Shown here: positions 59,198-64,000 of the stretch, in pieces | Layout of the letters: every line of letters begins with the position of its first letter | Numbering within the stretch: position 1 is the first letter of the stretch | Virus record (IMG/VR): IMGVR_UViG_3300012988_000001 | Span: 124,001-188,000 of that record | DNA length: 64,000 nt | Reading direction: 5' to 3' (one strand) | The notes under the pieces: generated by a model | The model's database searches: none | What the model was told of the DNA's origin: nothing | The model's input: the letters and a program-made list of their open reading frames with translations, nothing else | Position numbers and translations under genes: made by a program

Positions 59198-59247
59198 AGT
59201 GAGGTGGGACACGGATCGTCCTATGAATTTACATGGAGTGTTACAAT

Positions 59248-60093
59248 ATGATAACCAAACCGAAGCGTAAGAAATATTTGAATAACGCTGATTTACTAAG
59301 AGAAATTCATCTCAGTAAAATGTCATACTGCTGGCTCATTGATGAGTCGTATAGCATGTATGATTACATAGTCTTTGATGTTAGTGAGATTGATGAAGAA
59401 TTGCTTGAGAAAGCAAGTGCTGCACGTATCAAACGTCTTAACAATGAAACAATTGAAAATATTCGTTCAACACAGGGTCTTTCTGCTAAAAAAGCTAAAG
59501 AATACGCTGATGCACACGGATTAGTACTAACCACTGTACCTATTGATGAAGTTGTTATTCGCGTAATTACCGATGAACATATTCCCGATGAGGGTACTGG
59601 TAAGATTCGTGTTAACTTCGAACCATTCAAACATTACATCGTAGATGATAATGCCGTTTTTTATGAAGTTGCTCGTTCACACTGGCTAGGTGATACCGAT
59701 ACCGGGGAGTTTTGTTTAACTCACGGAAGAATGACCAATGAATTAGGAAAAATGTTCATTAAACTTGCAGAAGAAATTTCCCATAAAACTAATTACCGAA
59801 ATTATACGTACTTAGATGAAATGATGGGTGATGCAAGAATACAATTAGTCAAAAACGCATTGCTTTTTAAAGAAAGCATTTTGTATAAAAAAGACAAACC
59901 TGCTGTTCAATTAAATCCTTTCTCTTACTATACATCTTTCGTCAATAATGCATTCCGTTCTGTTTTGAATACAGAAAAGAATGTACGCAATATTCGTGAT
60001 GACTTACTTGAATTAAATGGCTTTACGCCAAGTCACACACGACAAATTGAAATTGAAATGAAAATGATGGAAGGTAAGAATGGCTCTATTTGA
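59248..60093 (+). CDS. gp55: Late-transcription sigma factor (T4 gp55-like) with a large insertion
   Basis: YLNNADLL, LGKMFIKLAE...NYRNYTYLDEM.GDA, NPFSYYTSFVNNAF; ATG 59248 has a GGAG SD. Confidence 0.9.
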   Translation: MITKPKRKKYLNNADLLREIHLSKMSYCWLIDESYSMYDYIVFDVSEIDEELLEKASAARIKRLNNETIENIRSTQGLSAKKAKEYADAHGLVLTTVPIDEVVIRVITDEHIPDEGTGKIRVNFEPFKHYIVDDNAVFYEVARSHWLGDTDTGEFCLTHGRMTNELGKMFIKLAEEISHKTNYRNYTYLDEMMGDARIQLVKNALLFKESILYKKDKPAVQLNPFSYYTSFVNNAFRSVLNTEKNVRNIRDDLLELNGFTPSHTRQIEIEMKMMEGKNGSI

Positions 60094-61111
60094 TAAAGCA
60101 GTAACGTTCACTGATATTCATCTAGGATTGAAGAATAACAGTAAAGAACATAACACAGATTGCGTTAACTTCGTAAAATTCATGATTAATGAAGCCAAAG
60201 AACGTGATATAAAAATTTGTATCTTTATGGGAGATTTTTTCCATAACAGAAGTAACGTTAATATCAGTACTCTAAACTACGGTCTAGAAGTAATGAACCT
60301 ACTTAACGATAACTTTGAAAAAACATACTTCCTTGTCGGAAACCATGATATGTACCATAAGAACAAACGTGACATTACTAGTATTAACATGGCACAGGCG
60401 TTCACCAACATCGAATTCATTAATAAGATGCAAACAATCGATGACTGTACTTTCATTCCTTTTATGATTGATGATGAGTACAAACAATTGCCATCACTAA
60501 CCAGCAAATATGTTTTCGGTCACCTTGAATTACCCGGTTACCTTCTAAACAAAATGGTTGAGATGCCAAATCATGGTAAAGAAACACAAGAGTCTTTCAA
60601 CGGCTGTGAATATGTCTTTAGTGGTCACTTCCACAAACGACAATCTAAAATCACACCAAGCGGTACTCGCGTAATTTATACTGGCAACTGCTTCCCTCAC
60701 AACTTCTCAGATACTTGGGATGATGCACGTGGTATTATGTTCCTAGAACATGGAAAAGAACCACAATTTAAAGCATGGGAAGATGCACCTAAATATAGGA
60801 CTTTCACTCTTTCGGAATTACTTAATGAGCCTTCTTATTACGTTCAAGACAACGTAGTTGCTAAAGTTCAGATTGATATTCCAGTAAACATGAATGAAAT
60901 CTCTTATATTCGAGAGGTATTCACTAAGCTATACAATGTTCGTGAATTCAACATTGTAAACAGCAGGAAAGCACTACAAGAGAGTTTAGAATACGGTGAA
61001 GTGGAAACAAGTACTGAATCAGTAGATGAAATCGTACTTAAACAAATCCAAGAAATCGATTCTCCTATGTTTGATAAGAATCTTCTAACACAAATTTATA
61101 CATCACTTTAA
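60080..61111 (+). CDS. gp47: Recombination nuclease subunit (gp47/SbcD/Mre11)
   Basis: DIH, GDFF, GNHD, GH, SGHFH metallophosphoesterase motifs. Confidence 0.95.
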   Translation: MALFDKAVTFTDIHLGLKNNSKEHNTDCVNFVKFMINEAKERDIKICIFMGDFFHNRSNVNISTLNYGLEVMNLLNDNFEKTYFLVGNHDMYHKNKRDITSINMAQAFTNIEFINKMQTIDDCTFIPFMIDDEYKQLPSLTSKYVFGHLELPGYLLNKMVEMPNHGKETQESFNGCEYVFSGHFHKRQSKITPSGTRVIYTGNCFPHNFSDTWDDARGIMFLEHGKEPQFKAWEDAPKYRTFTLSELLNEPSYYVQDNVVAKVQIDIPVNMNEISYIREVFTKLYNVREFNIVNSRKALQESLEYGEVETSTESVDEIVLKQIQEIDSPMFDKNLLTQIYTSL

Positions 61112-61122
61112 TGGAGTAAAGA

Positions 61123-63279
61123 ATGTTAACCATAAAACGAATTACAATGAGAAACTTCTTCTCATTCGGTAATGCACCACAAGAACTTGAATTTCAAGGT
61201 AGAGATATCTCTCTAGTACTAGGCCAGAACAACGATGTGGTTGTTGAAGGTGGTGATAGTGCTGGTCGTCGGAATGGCGTGGGAAAATCTGCTATAATTC
61301 AGGGACTAGTATTCGGGTTATATGGTAAAAGTGTTGGTAATGATATTAAAATCCCTAACCTAGTTAATAAAACTAACACGAAACAGTGTGAAGTAATTGT
61401 CGAATTCGAAAAAGACGGTCAAGAATACCGTATAGAGCGTGGGCGTAGTCCCACGTATTTTAATTTCCTAACTATCAAGGATGGAAATGTAATAGATGAT
61501 GATTCTAGAGGTGAAAAGAAGGATACCCAAGAAGAACTCAATGAGATTCTAGGTATTTCCCAGACACTTTTCGAACACATTGTTGTACTAAACGCCAACG
61601 TAGACCCATTTCTATCACTATCTGCACAAAAGCAGCGTGATATGATTGAAGAACTACTTGGTATTACCCAACTTACTGAAAAAGCAGAGCTACTTAAGGA
61701 TATGCAAAAGGATTCTAAGAAGACTGCTGAACAAGAGAAGTTTAAAATCGATACATTGATTGCGTCCAATGAACGTATTCAGAAAAGTATTGAGAATCTT
61801 CAAACACAAGCCAATACTTTCGAGTCAAATAAACTCAATAAGATTGAATCTCTTAAAACACAGTTGACAGAGTTTGATTTTGCTGATAAATTTGGTTTTG
61901 AATCATTATATGATAGTGCTAAAGAGATGGAAGAAGCAATTGAGCATAATAATAAGCGTTCAGTACTTGAGAATCGTTTGAATTCTTTGATGCAGAAGCG
62001 TGAACAATATGACCAACAGCTTCAAACCAACAAAGTGTTAGTGCTAAACAAGATTAATGAGCTAAAAGCTATTGATATTAGTGCGGAATTAGCATTACAT
62101 GAAGAATTAGATGTGTGGTATCAATTAGAAGGTATTCTAAAACAAAATACCAGTACTAAAGTGTTCAAAACACAGACTATCAAACAAACTGAGTCTGAAT
62201 TAGTACGCTTGAATGATTCCCTCACTAAAGAATACAACAAATTGAAAACAATTGAAGATAGCAAATGTCCAATGTGTGATGGTGAATTGAAAAATGACCA
62301 TAATCATTCAGAAATGATTGTTAAAATAAAAGATACAATTGAGGATTTATCTTCTCAGATATTACAAGCGGAATATAACATTTCTGTTATCACTGAAGAG
62401 ATTGATGACCTTGAAATTTTTGAAATGCCACCCAAACCAGTGACTAAGTACAGTACTCTAGCAGAAGCTAAACTTCATGAGCACATGTTAGCTGAGAATA
62501 CAGCGAAATATGAAGCAGAAGAAGTGAATATCTATGACGAGGAACTAATCAGTACTTATACTGAGTTGGAAGGAACTGAATTGAAGGAATATGACGTAGT
62601 ATTCAGTACTCATGAAGTACAGCAGCTTGAAATGAAGTATAAGTCCCTAAAGGAACAATTACAGCGTGAAGAAAGTAATGCTAACCCATATTTCGACCAA
62701 ATTGAGACATTGAAGACTGATTCATTGCAGGTTGTAGACTATAGTCTATATAATGAGATGGAAAAGCTAGCTACACACCAAGATTTCTTGGTTAAGCTAT
62801 TACTCAATAAAGATTCTTATGTTCGTAAGCGTATTATCGAGCAAAACATCACATTCTTGAATAGTAGATTACAATTCTACATCGAGCAATGTGACTCTGA
62901 ACACTTTGTGAAGTTCATGAACGACCTAAGTGTTGAGATTACCCTAAATGATCAGTCCTATGACTACAAGCAATTGTCTCGTGGGGAGCGTACACGTGTA
63001 AACGTGGCCTTGTCATTGGCATTTAGAGACACTTATGAGTCATTATACCAAGGAATCAACCTTATCATGATTGATGAGATGATTGATGTGGGTCTAGATC
63101 CGTCTGGTATCACTCGTATGTGGACAATCTTTGCTGATTTAGCAGTAATTCAGCGTAAAAACGTCTTTGTTATCTCTCATAAAGAGGAATTACTAAGTAA
63201 GACGGACAATATCTTGAAGATTGTCAAAGAAGATGGTTTTAGTACTATCGAATATTCATCACTTGATGACATGTTTTAA
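61123..63279 (+). CDS. gp46: Recombination ATPase subunit (gp46/SbcC/Rad50)
   Basis: NGVGKS Walker A, coiled coil, CPMC zinc hook, LSRGE signature, IMIDE, ISH. Confidence 0.95.
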   Translation: MLTIKRITMRNFFSFGNAPQELEFQGRDISLVLGQNNDVVVEGGDSAGRRNGVGKSAIIQGLVFGLYGKSVGNDIKIPNLVNKTNTKQCEVIVEFEKDGQEYRIERGRSPTYFNFLTIKDGNVIDDDSRGEKKDTQEELNEILGISQTLFEHIVVLNANVDPFLSLSAQKQRDMIEELLGITQLTEKAELLKDMQKDSKKTAEQEKFKIDTLIASNERIQKSIENLQTQANTFESNKLNKIESLKTQLTEFDFADKFGFESLYDSAKEMEEAIEHNNKRSVLENRLNSLMQKREQYDQQLQTNKVLVLNKINELKAIDISAELALHEELDVWYQLEGILKQNTSTKVFKTQTIKQTESELVRLNDSLTKEYNKLKTIEDSKCPMCDGELKNDHNHSEMIVKIKDTIEDLSSQILQAEYNISVITEEIDDLEIFEMPPKPVTKYSTLAEAKLHEHMLAENTAKYEAEEVNIYDEELISTYTELEGTELKEYDVVFSTHEVQQLEMKYKSLKEQLQREESNANPYFDQIETLKTDSLQVVDYSLYNEMEKLATHQDFLVKLLLNKDSYVRKRIIEQNITFLNSRLQFYIEQCDSEHFVKFMNDLSVEITLNDQSYDYKQLSRGERTRVNVALSLAFRDTYESLYQGINLIMIDEMIDVGLDPSGITRMWTIFADLAVIQRKNVFVISHKEELLSKTDNILKIVKEDGFSTIEYSSLDDMF

Positions 63280-63285
63280 AAACTA

Positions 63286-63310
63286 AAGGGAGCATTAGCT
63301 CCCTTTTTTT
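63286..63310. terminator. Bidirectional terminator
   Basis: AAAGGGAGC-ATTA-GCTCCCTTTTTTT; the EndoVII stop lies within it. Confidence 0.85.
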
Positions 63311-63789
63311 ATATTAAGCATATCCAGCTTACCTTCTTTTATTAATTTACGAGCTTGATTGGCTCTTTTCTTAACATTACTCTCTGGAACAACGCCAAAT
63401 GACTCTAAAATGTCGCATTGTTGTTTAGCAGGTAGTGCTTTATACTTTTTAACATCAACTGATAGTGCTGTATGATGAATTACCATCTCTTCTTCAGGGA
63501 TAGATCCGTTTCTCTCTAAGTAATCTGCTAAATTTCTTAGTACTTCATAAAGTGGCTTATCAGTTAAGTGTTTCATGTACCTATTAAAGCTGTTAGTTAC
63601 TTTCCCTTCCCATGCGTTGCATTCATTTTGTAATACTTCACGACAATGCTGGTGGCCTTGGTGATAGTGATCAAGTACTGGTTTGGTAATTACTTCTTTT
63701 GTGATTGGATCTATGCCATTCTGCTTTTTCAGCAAATCGTTACGGTACTTTGCCGCATCCTTTGCATCCTTTAATCGTTTTTTACTCAT
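63295..63789 (-). CDS. gp49: Endonuclease VII-like Holliday junction resolvase
   Basis: QNG....PVLDHYH...REVL..ECNAWEGK...LRNLADYLE; C-terminal ..LESFG.....N...R. Confidence 0.85.
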   Translation of the reverse strand: MSKKRLKDAKDAAKYRNDLLKKQNGIDPITKEVITKPVLDHYHQGHQHCREVLQNECNAWEGKVTNSFNRYMKHLTDKPLYEVLRNLADYLERNGSIPEEEMVIHHTALSVDVKKYKALPAKQQCDILESFGVVPESNVKKRANQARKLIKEGKLDMLNIKKGS

Positions 63790-63821
63790 AATAGTACTTC
63801 CTTAAAATAATTATTATGTAG

Positions 63822-63863
63822 TATTTACATTTTTGGGACAAAACCAGTTTTATGTCCTATAAT
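63822..63863. promoter_or_regulatory. Composite divergent promoter: late TAAATA (minus) + GGGACA-N17-TATAAT (plus)
   Basis: TATTTA 63822-63827, N7, GGGACA 63835-63840, TATAAT 63858-63863. Confidence 0.85.
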
Positions 63864-63869
63864 ATAGTT

Positions 63870-64000
63870 AACCCAGTGTGGAGGCGTCAGCCTACGAATG
63901 AATCCTGATCCTATCGAAAATGTAGATGGCAGATGAGCAGACCACACGTGCGAAGTGCAGAAGAAACCCGTTAGGAGTTGGCATAGTTAATACCACCCAC
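63870..64000 (+). ncRNA. Candidate structured non-coding RNA or long leader (runs off window)
   Basis: Starts at the predicted TSS; about 50% GC; GTGTGG/CCACAC closing stem with nested hairpins; no ORF longer than 13 codons. Confidence 0.4.

Noticed and set aside
59129-59212. Upstream starts given by the ORF track (59212, 686, 3585, 15083, 20010, 30531, 55838)
   Set aside because: The extensions run through promoters, terminators or neighbouring genes, or lack an SD; the downstream starts have better SD sequences or context.
63898-63974. Two tiny coupled ORFs (MNPDPIENVDGR, MSRPHVRSAEETR) as real genes
   Set aside because: Too short, SD poorly spaced, and codon usage atypical; better explained as part of a structured RNA.

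Overview
This is a 64 kb segment of an AT-rich (about 35% GC by eye) jumbo myovirus with distant T4-like core genes. Gene content, order and sizes fit the RaK2/GAP32/121Q-like enterobacterial jumbo phages; that assignment is inferred, not searched. The virion module includes neck gp13/gp14/gp15, an 887-aa tail sheath, three tube-fold paralogues, gp4, a probable small terminase, acidic head-core proteins, tail fibres, a 3339-aa virion protein, gp6, gp25, a gp5-like spike, a hub and gp53. Interleaved with it are pre-replicative genes: NUDIX, glutaredoxin, macrodomain, dNMP kinase, a MoxR AAA + metallopeptidase/VWA pair, a SLOG protein, thyA, a ClpA-like ATPase, late sigma gp55, gp47/gp46 and endonuclease VII. 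I saw no tRNA, rRNA, CRISPR array or mobile element. The most interesting signals lie outside the gene list. (1) Six copies of a phage-specific promoter, TTGGGACAAA-N-TGTGnTATAAT, precede only non-structural genes or a non-coding segment, and 16 TAAATA late promoters precede structural/late genes. At all three divergent junctions the two are fused at an invariant spacing (TATTTA-N7-GGGACA). (2) The palindrome AGTACT is about 5-fold over-represented (about 120 copies by hand), while CCWGG and GGTACC appear absent. (3) CTA-Leu usage is extreme (44/45 in the MoxR gene). (4) Anti-Shine-Dalgarno hairpins straddle two late promoters. (5) Several enzymes look degenerate or altered: a PTH2 fold, an M23 domain in the spike, a Zn-less EndoVII and a ClpA without the IGL loop. 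(6) A promoter-driven, GC-rich, structured non-coding segment sits at the right edge.
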